Assembly: GCA_964057225.1 (NCBI GenBank)
Contig: OZ059895.1
Span: 8,246,001-8,310,000 of the forward strand
DNA length: 64,000 nt
Origin: Auanema rhodensis
Taxonomy: Eukaryota; Animalia; Nematoda
Reading direction: 5' to 3'
Shown: piece by piece, positions 37,069-51,128 of the stretch
Position numbering within the stretch: position 1 is the first letter of the stretch
Layout: every line of letters begins with the position of its first letter
The notes under the pieces: generated by a model
Told to the model about the DNA's origin: nothing
The model's database searches: none
Seen by the model: the letters and a program-made list of their open reading frames with translations, nothing else
Position numbers and translations under genes: made by a program

Positions 37069-39651
37069 GGTTGCGGATTATAATCGTCGACATATCTAAA
37101 CAGATAAGAGGAAGAAGCCGATGCTTTTACGAGAAAATCTTTCAGAACAACGATAGTACAAACGAATAGAAGGAAAAAAGCCCTAGGGTTCGAACGGATT
37201 TAAAGAGAGGCGAGAGAAAGAGAGGTCGTATGTAAAGGCATCGTTTGTTCAGCTTCATTTGACGGAGAGTGAAAGGGGAGGGGGTACAAGCAATAAGAAG
37301 ACTGACTGGTTGTTGAGTTGGCAGAACTAACCCAAGTTGCTTCTTCATGTTTGTATTAAGTTTTCAAGAATGGCCCTAAAATAAAAGAATGATGATAGAG
37401 AGATTGAGTTGATCGACAGAAACGATTAGAATCATGTATAGAAAATAACTTGTATTTTTTACAACCTATATTAATATAACTAATATTGTATGACAATTAT
37501 TAGCTAAAAGTATGTAAGAAAACGTAGTAAATTTTCAAGGCAAAAGTATAGGTTCCGAGTCAAGCACTGGCAATCGAAGGCAGACTGATTGGACCTAGAG
37601 CTGCTGCCACACGAGACGGGGGCGCCAAGGGGAGTAACATACGATAGCACTAGTATTGAAGAAAACGAGAGAAAACGAAAAATATAGAACAAAGTATATT
37701 ATGAGACGCAGAGTGGCAGAGAGTTGAATAGTGGGATAGATAGCTACGGCTCCTCCAACCAGCCAGGCAGACAGCCAACATCAGTCCGCTGGTCGGGCAA
37801 CATGTGACTCAATCTCTGCTTGTCTGACTTTCTTCATATATTTCTCTCTTTTTATTTCGTCGACTCTTTATCTTTCTGAAACCTCTTTCTATCCCTCTCT
37901 CTTACGTGAGGTTCAAGCCGTACACTTTTGCGCTTGTTCATTCGATCGCTCTACACACATAAAGGAACATATAGGCAAGGTTTGGCATAGGTTGTAGAAA
38001 GGGACGTTTTTAAAAAACGGGAAAAGAAAAAACAAGATTGAAGAGAAGTCAACCGGTCTCATGCCCGAATATTTAAAAAATTGAATTCTGATGTAAGAAT
38101 ATTCGTGGAGTTACGTAAAATTGAAAATAACTAGTGATACGAGATATCACGTACTCATAAATAACAAGATGGTAGTAAACAAAAACACCATCAAAGAGCA
38201 AATAGATTGAAATAATTATGTCAATATGTAGAGACTGCATTTCTGGCTTTATATCTTATGGAAGTAAATTCTATTAGATACACTTAATAATAGTGTTTGG
38301 TAACAAGTAGTACTTCGTGTCTTTCAAATGACATGAAACATCAGAGCTATCTTCTATATTCTTTTTTATTTTGCTTGCGTTTTCAATTAGATAAAATCAA
38401 AAAACATATGATGTATATGCCGTCTAAGCTAGATGAAATAGCTAATTCTGCATGTAGCAAAAGAAGAAGTACTTTTTCAATGAAAAGCATATACTAGAAG
38501 AGGATAGAAAAAGATGTAGAGCATATTTAGTATAAGAATCTAAATGATCTGTTGAAATCTATCTGAACCAGATATGATTCTAGACGAAGATATACATCAG
38601 ATAATAAGCTGGACGGAATAGTACTTTGAAAGATAAAACCTACTGCTTTTTCTTTTGGCGCTCTTTCTTTTCTCTATCTCATCCATCCCTAAGTATTTCT
38701 GAGAAAGCTTTGATACCCCCTTCTTATGAAGATCATAGCTCTAATAATTCATTTTCTTGAAAATGGTGAATACAATAAAGAAAAAGATGATATTAAATAA
38801 AACCTAATTCTAGTTAAACTACGAAATGAGAAGATGATTCGTTGGTTACCAGGGTAATGCATGCTTAGATATATGCAGTCAAGACATATTTTTGTCACTA
38901 TGCTCTATAATACATATATTATATGCATTCTTCAATATATATACATACATATACATACATGTATATATATAAATATATATAGCTTATCTGATTCCGTGGT
39001 CTAGATATGTATGAATTATGACAATGTTAATAGTTTGAACGCATATACATATATATACAAATGTAGTTTCATGATTTATTATGTGATATATCAGATTTTA
39101 CTTGGTTGTTATTTATAACCTTCGTTTATATGTGTCTGATATAGAATACTTGTACTCTAGACTATTAATGAACTTATGGCATCCACTTACAACTTTTTTA
39201 GAATTTGCATAGTTAAGATAGGATAATCCAACGAAAGGTTGAGATGTCTATAGGTTTTCACATGTATGTGAACCGTGAGAGTGATACTTTATAATTAGAG
39301 TGGAATGCAAGGAAACTGAGCGAGCAATGGAGATTTCAGAGAAGCAAAGAAAAGGACTTTCGCGAACAACATAGTATAACGGATGAAGTGCTTATCAGAA
39401 AAATAGTGAAAGAACAAATTATTGCCCTATACAGTTCAGTTGAACTTAATGCTCATTTAGATTTCATTTATTCCCCTTGAATTTCCAAATTATATTATTA
39501 TTGTTTATTTTTGAATAAAGATGAAAGATGGGGGCGGCTGTATTCAAAGATATCAATCATAGTTTTTCATACTTCAAATACTTTGTCAATTATTTTAAAA
39601 TTGGATAGAAATAAAATTTTTTTTTTCAGTTTTTTTTTATTTGCTGCATCA

Positions 39652-39683
<32 letters not shown>

Positions 39684-41139
39684 ATGAAAGTGTTCAAGTT
39701 TAATGCTTGTTATTCATATATAGTTAGTTATATGTATACATAAATATATATAGAATTCAGCGGTAATATGACCATAATGATGGTGATGAACTAGTAGTTT
39801 ACTAAAGTTGGATTATATGAAATGGATGCTCTTGAAATAAAATAAATTCAAAAAAAAAAAAAAAAGTTCACTACCCTTGAAGATTAGAAAAAAAGTTGTC
39901 GAAGTTAGATTAAATGTGAAAAGCTTCACCTAACAACCCTCACTACTTCTCTCATTATTGCATCAGTTAACTTTAAAATTTTATTATATTATTCTGAAAT
40001 TCGATTACATCAATAGGAATGTTCATGTATATGACGTCATCCACATTCGCGCTGACAATAAAGGCTGTAAGACTGATTCAAATAGTTTCTTATGAGTCCT
40101 CTCAACTGGTAATTATGATGGAATACAATTTCCTTTTTTTTTTGAAAATAGTACTAGCCTAGGATGATATTATCTACAGTTTACTCTTCTCTCACATTTT
40201 CCCTTTTATATTCTGCTTCCTTGCCGCTTCGTTCTCATATAAATTTACTGCACGCTTCTGTATGTAGGTCTCTGTTTATATACATAAATTTATATTTATA
40301 AATCTATTTGTTATGGTTAGACTCGTTTTCAAATTCCAGCTCAGGTTGCTTTCGATTGGGCGTAGGAACTATGACTAAAAAGAGGAAAGGGAGAGCGAAA
40401 TATACAATGATAGAGAAGCAGAGTAAGATGAAGAATCAGAACTGTTAAGGAAAATACATAGTCTTGATGACAACTCGTTTGGTTATAAATGTGCCTAAAG
40501 GCAACAGGTCGTTGGAAGCAATATATTTCTAATTTTGAAATTCATGAGAAGAACTACTGACACATGAAGAATACATATTTTCTGAATAAGAAAACCTAAA
40601 GATAAAAAGAAGTAGAAGAAGAAAAAGAGAAGAAGAAGAAGACAAGTAGAAAAACATACTGAGAAAAACTTTATTCGGCAAAAATTTCATTGTCAACCTA
40701 AACAACGAGAGTAGAGCACAACAGACCCATTGGATACATTGAGTTATGGGAGGATAGATAGGAAAATAATATAGAACAAGGGAGAGAAAAGAAAGAAATA
40801 AAGAAAGGGAGGAATAGGGAGGGGGGGAGGAGAGGAGGGGGAATAGTAGTTGTGAACAGGGACATATACAAATGAATCATCATCACAGATTGCTTTTAAA
40901 AATCAAAGGCACAGAAGAAAAGACAAAACATACCGGGACTGGCTAACTATCAAGAAAAAAAATTATAATGTGAAAAGTATAATTGACATAATTGATAAAA
41001 CATGTTAACCAGATCAAAAAACAAATAACAAGTTTCGAAATTAAAACGATATTATTATTAAATTTGAATTTAATATCATTGATTGCAATATATTATCATC
41101 ACAATTAGATGATTTGCTCATTAAATTCTTTATTATATC

Positions 41140-44100
41140 CTAGTAAACAACTGCTTTTGATTGTGCAGCGATGTTTTCCTTCAAATCCATTATACGAGCT
41201 ACAGGCGGCATTATCATAGTAGCTGGCATCACCTAAATTATTGAATCTGTTAATTTTTCACCATTGCGTACTAAATTAATTTCCAAATGAAATGATTGCA
41301 TGGATTCGATTACGGGTTTTGTTTTATTCCAGAAATAGGAACATACGAAAACGAAAATTTTCCAATAACATACCCGACTGTTCGTCCATTCTGCAGCCTG
41401 ATCTCGAGCAAGAAAAATGAACGGTGTGCTAGCAGCAAAAACAATAACAGAAATTCCCATAAACAGATGAGACCACTATAAAAAGTATAAATAGAGCAAA
41501 GAAAATAGTCAAAATATTATTTAAACTTCTTATTGTTGTTTTTTTCCTGTATGTATGCTACTAATCTGGACAAATACAATTAGCATGAGTTAGCTTATGC
41601 CACTTTTCACGTGAAGTTGACAAATATTCATTTATGACGTAAATTCAAGCAGAATCGGTTGTACAACAAATGCCATCCTCGCTCTCTACATCGCTCGTTT
41701 AGCATGATGTTTTACCAATTTACTTTTCGTCTCTCGTCCTCTTATCCTCTGCTCTCTTTGCTTATAGTCTTTCCATTCTATTGTTGAAACAATGTGTGAA
41801 AGTTTATTTAATTTTATAAATTTCTTTCACAAGTCAATATCATACGTTCATGTCCTGTTTTTCTAACTTTCTTTTCATCTTCATTCAATAAGTCTCCTAT
41901 ATGTCCTATTTTTAAAATATTTACAATATTGCAAATAACATAAGTTATTTGTTATTTTTATTTATATACGAACTTCATTTGTTAATTACTTCTTTCTAAT
42001 TTATTTCTTTTTTATTCTTTTTTTTGTTGAATGCATTCTATCTTTTAGATGGATGTGACTTATACATAACGATAAGATCGTTTTCGGAAAGAAAGCAGAA
42101 TAAAGGCTTTTTTTATCTCTTCGTTAGATATTTTTACCTTTGCTAATTGCTCTGCTATATCATCCGGTTAAGGTTGCGAAAACTCATTGAATGCTCCGGA
42201 AAGGATAGAGATAGCATATGCCGAGTGTCTAAGATCTGAGTCAAGATATGATCAGCGTTAGAAACGGCAGTAGAACTCTTACGTCTTATAGAATTCTTAT
42301 CGTGACCTGCTCATTAATAAGAGGACAAGGCTATTGAGGTTCCGAAATGTCTCTCTCTCTTTCTCTCTTCCTCCCTCTCTATTTCTAACTCTAGGGTATC
42401 AAATACTGCTTCAATTTCTCTCAGTCTCTTCTTTCTGCACTCTTCAACTGAAAATATTTATCTAAAACATTATGTTTTGATTATAACATATATTTATCAA
42501 TATGTTTAGAGAAATATAAGTATAACAGATAATATTATGTATATTCAACCCTTTACTCCAGCAATTATAAAATTTTATGCTATTTTCCATCACAATTCAA
42601 CTATGTCCTGTTGACTATAATTGAGTTGAAAAGACAAGTTATGAATGAATAGCTTGTATAACCTTCAACATTTTGCTCATCTCTCAAATATATGACATTT
42701 TACAATGAAAAGAACTCTTCTAGCATCTCTTGTCTACGGAACATTTACAACCAATATGAATTATTTCACAATCCTGCTCTGATATCCCTATTCAGGTTTA
42801 GAAATTCTCATTAATCTTCAGGGAAAATAATGTAAAAATTGAAGTATATTATATATATATGTAAAAGCTGATTATGTTCCTAATTATGTTTAGCCATAGC
42901 TTGCGGTAAAAATATTTATAATATATTCTTCGTATACCTTTCACCACTATGGCATCCAATTAACTGTTATAGAATCCTGTTGTAATTTTTTTTTCAAACA
43001 GTTGTGTCTATTCGATCTCTTTATCCATATTTATTCTATGGATTATATTATTCATCGAACATCAGATGATGCTTCATACGTCTTCTTTTTCCATAACCAC
43101 ACCTCATCATATAGACTGAATCCATTAATGACGTCGTCATTGTCAACATAGTATCTTCAGTTATTAGACCAGACATTCTCAAATATCAAGAATCGTCATG
43201 AAGAGAAGCAGACTTACATCAAGACAATGATGTTCATCAGTTATTTTCTCACTTCACACATATTTTCTTCCAATTTCAGAGAAAGAGAGAGGGAGGAAGA
43301 GGAACAAGAAAGAAGGGGATTGTGTAAAATAAAATTACCTCTTCAGTTGTATTATTGGGACAGACGATATCTACAGCAATTGGAATAAGTAAGACAATGA
43401 TGCATAAAATGAATGACGTAATGGCCATGACGAAATGAACATGTTGTCGACAGTACTGAAAAAAGAGAAAAACATAGATGAAGATTTGAAACAAAAAAAA
43501 AAAGAAAGGATTCTTTTCAAAAGATAAAAGAAAAATCTATTTTTAGTCTATTATCTCTTTCAATAGCTAATTTTTCATGTACACAACTAACAAACGTGTA
43601 CATATATACATACATCAACACATTGACGTCAGTGTTTCTAATTAAAAATAAGAAAAAAATCAAAAATTTGTAGTTAATTAAATCAAAAAAAATCAAAATA
43701 ATACAAAAATATAATAATAATATGTAGAAAAACGTACCAAACTTGCACATTTAATGATTCCAACAGCATTTACTCCACTGAAAACAATAGCAGCTGTGTA
43801 GAAGAACTGTCCCCAGAAGGCTGATGATGACTGCAAGCTAACTATTTAAAACACGAAAGAATATTGTTTCGAAAATGATATTGATGCAAATCTTTGATTG
43901 TTTATGCTATATAGTCACGTTCTACAGTTACATAACATCCTCATATGGCAGTTTCGTTTTCTGCTCATTGGTCATTTGATATCAGAATGAACTGTGTTAC
44001 AACATGACTGAATCAAATAGCTATTAAGCCGAAAAAGTATCCGATGGAATAGTTTATGAATTTATCGGAAAAGTGCGCGTCATATTTGAAAATAGATACA

Positions 44101-45932
44101 TATATGGTTAGAAGAGTGTGCTTTGATACCAAAATCTTTGTATTCTCTAAGAGATCATCTTCTTTTCTCTCTTTGTCTCTCTGTTAATAACAATTCAATT
44201 TTTATAATCTTTAGGGCTTTTCTTTATAAAATTTTTAGTGGAATTATGTTCTCATTTACATCACATGTTTTTGCGGTAATCATCATTAACGTCGAAAAGA
44301 TACAACGATAATGACCTACTGATCTGTTGAAATCGATCTACTTGATGATGAATATGATGAAATAGAAGGAAATTGAAATAAAAATTCAGGGATTATAAAA
44401 TATAATAAATATTATATTGATATATATTATATATATATATATATAAATATATTTTTGTTTATATTTAAATGTGGCAGAAATTGAATGAGGGAGAATCGAA
44501 CTGGTAACGAGAAAAAGTTTATCATGAAAACTTGCAAGGCAAGTATTGACATTTAACAAAAATCCTTTTTTTTATTTCCGGCTTTCAATGCTATTTGGTT
44601 TGAGGACTTCAATAATACTTAGCCATACGTAGCTTTCAGTTTATGTTCGGTCAAGACACCTGATGATTTCATTCAATTGCTATTAACGAGAAAGCTCTTG
44701 TAAACAACCAGTTGCAGCTGCTCCAAAAAATAACGAAGAAAGGTGGCGGCTTGAGGGAGTGAAAGACAAAATAGAGAATAGGAAGAGCCGAAAGAAGAGA
44801 GAAAACCCAAAGAATAAGTGGAAAAACGGAAGAGATGAGAGAACTAGACGATCAAGCTCATGTCAATACCAAACAAAGAATGTTCATGTGCTTCACATAG
44901 TCAAGCATTGAGGAAAAACAAAAAAAATTGAAAATGGAAAGAGGTAGGGTAGTAGGACTGTGGAAAGAAAATAAAATTAAAATTGAAAACGTACCTGAGC
45001 CAAAAGAATAAAGCAGATACCCATGACTCCTTGAGACAATGAAGCAAAGAAGATCATTCTATACTTATCACGAATAAAGCTCAATCGATCAGATACATAG
45101 CCACAAGTAAACTTGGTAATAACCGATAGCATAAACGGCAAAGCTGTTACAAATCCTGTTGCTTTTACATCAATTCCAAGGACCTGAAATCATTCAACAA
45201 TTAGAAAAACGATTAAGAATGGATAAGCTTCTATCACCTTATTCATATAACTTGGTCCGTAGAGAAGGAAAATTTGGAATCCTAAAGTGCCTCCAATGGT
45301 TGAACACCAGATAGCTATTACACATGGATCACGACAAATTGCTCTGAAAATTATTTAATTTACTGCTTTCAAATATTTCAAACTACCTATAAGGAATTTG
45401 TTTGCGTTGTTCTTGGTTACGTCCACCTTGGATTTTATCCAATTCCGATCGTCCAACCCATCTTTAAAGTTAAAAAAGTTGTTTTAACTATGTGAATAAT
45501 TATTAAAATACTTATGATTAGCTGGATTATCACGATAGAAAACCCAGAAAAGAATGAACGAGATAACAGAAATAACTCCTTGAATGTAGTAAAGAGATCT
45601 CCATCCTAGTGAAGATTCACATAACTCTCCAGCAACGGGCATAGTAAATATTGAACAAAACTAAAAGTTTTATTTATTTAATTATATTATTTATATTTAA
45701 ATTTTATTTTTTTATTTTTTTATTTTGAAAAACATAAAATAGTTTATTTTTCATTATTATTCACATTTATACATGTATGTATGTATATTAAGAATCTTTA
45801 TATGCTTCAAAGCTTTTTCTTCTTCTAGTAACTTCCTTATTTTTTCTAAATTTATATAAGATAATGTTTTTCATCCATTAAGAATAATACAATATTGAGC
45901 TTTAATGAGTTCCAACTCGTTTCCTGACCTAT

Positions 45933-45990
<58 letters not shown>

Positions 45991-48063
45991 TCTATGTTTC
46001 TTCTAACACCCTCTGTTTCTCTTTGTGTTCTTTTCAAATCTTTCTTATCCTTTTCCCCTTTTCCCTCTATGGGTATCCGACATCTGTCTTATTGACCTCT
46101 TAAGATAGAGAAAACATCTCGTTCTCCAATAGCTCATATGGTTATTTCTGAAGAGCACTCTTTCTATCTCGATCATTTTTGTCTCAACCACCATCTCTTT
46201 TCGATATTTTCCGAATTGACCTCTTGTGACCTTACTGATACCACTGTACTAAGTTTTGTCTCTTTCTCTATACTCTCTTAAATAGATATATGTTCTCTTA
46301 ATCGACCTCACACTGAGCTAGACAGAAATGAGAGATAGATATTTGAGAGAAATAGAGAAAAAGAGGAAACAAAACGTATTGTATATTTGGAAGAGAATGA
46401 GAGAAATAAAGAGAGAAATAGATTGAGCTCGTTGTCTATTACAAACTCTTCTCAGTAACTATATGTATGTATTAGAGGGACTACATACAAATTCTCAATA
46501 GATTTCTGACTAAAATATGGTATTTGTGGAGGCGAGCAAGGGGAATGTGGGGGGGTGGAAGTTCTATGTAATATAACCATAAAACATTATTTTTAAAATT
46601 AATATTAAAAGTATAAATTAAATTGTATAAAATAAATTAATTTGTATTTTAAATAATTAATGGAATTGGATGATATTTCAAAGAATATTATCAAATACTA
46701 CCTGAACGTGGGTTGATAGGATAGCTATAAAGAATCCAGCATCTTTTGGAGTGGCCCACTGAGCTCCTATCATACCTGTGGCAGGATAAGAAAGGCATGT
46801 TGCCATTCCCTACAAATTTAAAAATTTTTAGTTTAATTATATTGTTTGAAATAAAAATATTTTACATACTTGGAATATACGGCATATGAAAACAGCAGCA
46901 AAGCCAATATTGACAGCTGCAGGTAAAGCCAGTAAAGATATTGATGACAATGTTCCATAGATAGTTATAGTAAATCTATAAATATATAATAACAATAAGT
47001 ATAATTAAGTTAAACTATACATACCCAATACCATATCGAGATACTAGAAAAGAAAATGGAATAGTGCCTATCAAACATCCAATAGCAATAGCTGAGAATA
47101 AGGCATTAATGTGAGTTGGAGATTGAAGCCAATGTACTTCACCTGCAAATTAAGAAATTAAACCATATAAGCTATATAATATATTCTTATTTATGTTTAA
47201 TTATATATATATATAGATATATATATAATATATATTTATGTGAAAATAGCTAAATGTACTTATTGTTTTTAAATACAAGTCTCTATAATCCAGGGATAAA
47301 ATCATCCCACTCATTTTCGCTTTAGTTCCAACGAAAAAGGCTAATGATGACGTTTTTGTATCCAAAAAGACCTGACAAGCTTTTTCTTGAAAATAAATCT
47401 GAGAAAGCCTAATGAGAAAAGGTTTCAACAGCTTTTTGAGCTCTATAGACTATTTCACGGAAGCAACAAAAAGCTCAAAAGAGAGGCTAATAGTTTGAAA
47501 TACAAATGAATTGAAAAGTTCAACTCAAATTTATAATCTATTTCTCAGGCATGATTTCATGCTCTCAAGTTTATAGCTAAAGCCATTGAATGTGACTTTG
47601 CAAATCAACAAAACACTTTTCCTTGAATAAAATACTTTTATATATGGATAAAAGGGATCTTGATCAAATGAGCAGAAATATTTCTAGTTTTTCATATAGT
47701 TACTCTAATTATAAACATAATTAAATAAAAAAAGAGATATATTGTATATAAGATATTTAACTATATATGGTATAAAATGTTTTATGATAATTAGCCTATT
47801 TTAAAGTTTAAACTTAATTTTTTGTCATAAAAACTTTAATGATTAATTAATTTAAAATAGAAAGAAATATTGTTTTTTATAAATAAAATTATATTGATAA
47901 TACCAGTTAAATTTGCTGATTGGTAAACATCATCCATACAGATGACAGTGAAATTTAATGCCAATGAATTTCCCATAGAAAATGTCAAACAGATGATGGA
48001 AATTATTAAAATTACATATCGCGTTTTACCAAAACACAAAGAAATGCCATCGGATGAACCCAT
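41140..48063 (-). CDS. Major facilitator superfamily transporter, SLC17/anion:cation symporter-like (nematode-expanded type), about 12 exons
   Basis: TRYVILIISIICLTFSMGNSLALNFTVICM; LFSAIAIGCLIGTIP; CRIFQ|GMA; FTMPVAGELCESSLGWRSLYYIQG; FYRDNPANH; FLLYGPSYMNK|VLG; SDRL; last exon VMPATM...KAVVY*. The true start could lie in an upstream exon (acceptor at about 48082 is in open frame). Confidence 0.9.
45933..45993. repeat. (CT)n microsatellite in an MFS gene intron
   Basis: CT run with two interruptions. Confidence 0.95.
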
Positions 48064-49944
48064 TTCTGTTTGATATTCAGACTTAAAATATGAATAATAA
48101 TTATAAATAAATAAATAAAGAATAATGTAGAACAGGAAATTAAAATGCCATGAGTGAGGAACATCTGGGTTGATGTTGAAATTTCTTTTCTAAAAGAAAA
48201 ACTTTTCCAAATAGACTGAATGAAACTGAGGATATTGAAACATTGTTAGAAATGTTGAGAGGAGAAGAAAAATATAGAAAAAACGTTGTTAAATGCCATT
48301 TTAAAACAAAAAAAAAAGTTTTTTTTTGGATTCTGAATGGAAACTTAAGGTGGTTGTATTTCTAGCAATTTTCAAGATTTTTACCAAAAAAAGAACACGA
48401 AAACTGCTTGACGGAGATCGGTCCTATACACTAAGAAGTAGGCTAAACGGAAAACGGCAATATGAACCGAGAAGCTGAGCATGAAATGGAAAAATTGAAG
48501 GAAAAAATTGTTCCTATATAGATATTGAAGGGAAGTTTATTCACTTTTATAGAAAAAATCACGAGTTTTTAGAAGGCTGATCAGGAGGAGCACATCCTAT
48601 GACAAAGCAATTATGCATCAAGTTGCAGTTGATAAAAATGAAATTACAATATATTTCCATAAAAAATCAGAAAAGCACAGAACTAGATTGTAATAAGAGC
48701 TTAGGTATGTTTCATACATTTTACTCTTGTTTTTCACGTAATTGAACATTTGACATCATACTTTAAAATATTATTATGTAAATCTTTAAATGAATATATA
48801 AAAATTTAAATTTGAACTTGAATTGCTATAATAAAACATTAAACATTAAAAAAAAATAAAATAAAGTACGAATGATGTTAAGAAAAAAAACAAATTTGAA
48901 ACATGTGCTAAGATCAATGATCCTATTACAATTTATTTGAAAAGTTGAGGATGACGTTTATATTATTGAAATACAAATGCACTTAAAATGTTCGTTGAAG
49001 TTTAAAAAAGAAATAAATACTATATTTTCATTTATATCTTATATTCTACTTTTCATTATCTTCATTATCTTTTTTTTTTATTAAAAACTTTAATATTAAG
49101 AATTTTCCGAATCAATGACCTGTAGAAAAGTGTGTGCAAAACTCATTTTGAACAGGATATATGTATATATAGGTTAGGTTATATATATATACATATATGA
49201 GCATGAAATCAAAAAAAAAAAAACTTTAAATGTACAAGAATTTAAGAAAAATATATATAATATTATGCTGAATATATATGAAAGTATATTGTCTATATCA
49301 TATGAAATATGAATCACAATTGAACAGACAGCTAACAAACTTCTGGCTTATATCACTTTCTGTCTATTGCATTAGAATGTTTTTAACAAATTCCGGGTTT
49401 GGACGATTCAAATACTTACATCTAAAAAGATTGAATAAATTAGTATTAAACTATAACATGATCCGATTATCTATAGATCATACATACAATTTTCTTTATT
49501 TTGTCATCATTCTCATCATAGATTTTAATTATTCAAAAAAATATATTATTTTTAATTATTTACGCATAATTAATTATGATAATAAGTATTTTTTTATATT
49601 TATAAATAATTAGTTATATTATGTATTTAGTCATTTAAACAGTTATGAATCTAATTTATGTATATTTTGAACATCTTACATCATGCATCATAAATCGAAT
49701 AGGATTATATAGTATAATATATTTTTTTTCAAGTTCTGCAACTTTTGAACTTAAAAAGTCCAATTGTTCGTTGGGAATAATTTATGTAAAACATTTAAAT
49801 AGGTTGCATATGTACGTGACATTGGTGCAAAAGAAACCAAAGCAATTAATACTATTTATGTATATCAAAAATATAATATTATAATATTATAATACAATAT
49901 ATTTATATATTCAACAAAATATTCTAATTATAACGTTAAAAAAA

Positions 49945-50888
49945 TCACATAATTCCATTTTGCCAATGTTCTGGCAGCTTGTTCTTAGCCTTTTCCACTA
50001 GCTGTTCTTCTCTAAAGCTTAATGGCTTACCAAATGCAACCTGAATAACGAGACCCTTTTATGATTGGTCAGAGAAGCTTTTTTGCAACCTCATGAAACC
50101 ACATCAAAGCTGAATCATAATCGCCGTATAGCTCATAACAGAAAGCTAAATAGAATTGATTTTCGATTTCATTTGCACGAATTTGTTCAGCTTTTTCAAA
50201 ACATTCCACAGCATCTTGAAGTGTATATTGAGATAATTCTTCATTAATTGTATCAATATGACTTTGTAATGACATTGATGATATCTTAATCATATATAAT
50301 AATATATAATATATACTATAAGATATTATAAAACTCTTACTGTTAATGCAAGACGACCTTTCAAATGTAATAATTCAAATCGTATAAACTTTGATGAACT
50401 TGGAATCAAAAGATCATTTGCTTTTTTAATAAACTCCTTAATTATATAATTATAGTTTATATAATATATTAAGAATTACTTCCAGAATTAATCCGTATTG
50501 TATTTTTTCTGTAATCGTTTCTGCCAATTCAGCCAATCGACCACTGGTTAAAGCGACTAATCGAGAGTTATTCAAATTTGGATTTAAATCATGGCTTTTT
50601 CTACTCAGCTCATAAGCTTTAATATTAATATTTTGAAGTTAAAACAAGGAAGAATAATTTATAAAAGATTACCTGTTTCCATATATTTTCTTGCGATTTC
50701 AATATTTTCTTCTTCATCACTTCTTAAGAAAGCATTTAAAGCTTTATCTTCAAACATTTTCCATATATCTTCATTATACTTGAGTTTTGTATATTATATT
50801 ATATAAACTATATGATATAACTTACATTAATATCAAGTTTTTGAGTTTCATCATTCAATATTTGAATACTATCTTCAGTTATTGACAT
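49945..50888 (-). CDS. Divergent RMD/FAM82 (regulator of microtubule dynamics)-like TPR protein, 6 exons
   Basis: AYELSRKSHDLNP...ALTSGRLAELAETITEKIQYGLILE|EFIKKA...LLHLKGRLALT|ISSMS...YTLQDAVECFEKAEQIRANEIENQFYLAFCY...ALMWFHE. The motif order (K-I-x-x-G, LHLxGR, T-xxxA-xxxF-xKA, EN-xx-YL, A-xx-W) follows the RMD family as I recall it. Gene structure is solid; the family call is from motif recognition only. Confidence 0.75.
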
Positions 50889-51128
50889 AATTTTTGATTT
50901 GAATATAATAAAAATCCTAAATGATCAATAATCAACCAATTCTTTCTTGGTGATTTCAAAAATTGTTGATCTGCGTGAACTGCGTGATATTCAAATGCAC
51001 CCGAAATATTACATCATTTTAAATGTGAGATTAAATTTTTTTTTTCGAAATATTTATTTTGAAATGTACCGAAACATCAAAAAAGAGTTTTATTGAAAAA
51101 AAAAAAAGATGAAGGGAAACAAAAACGT

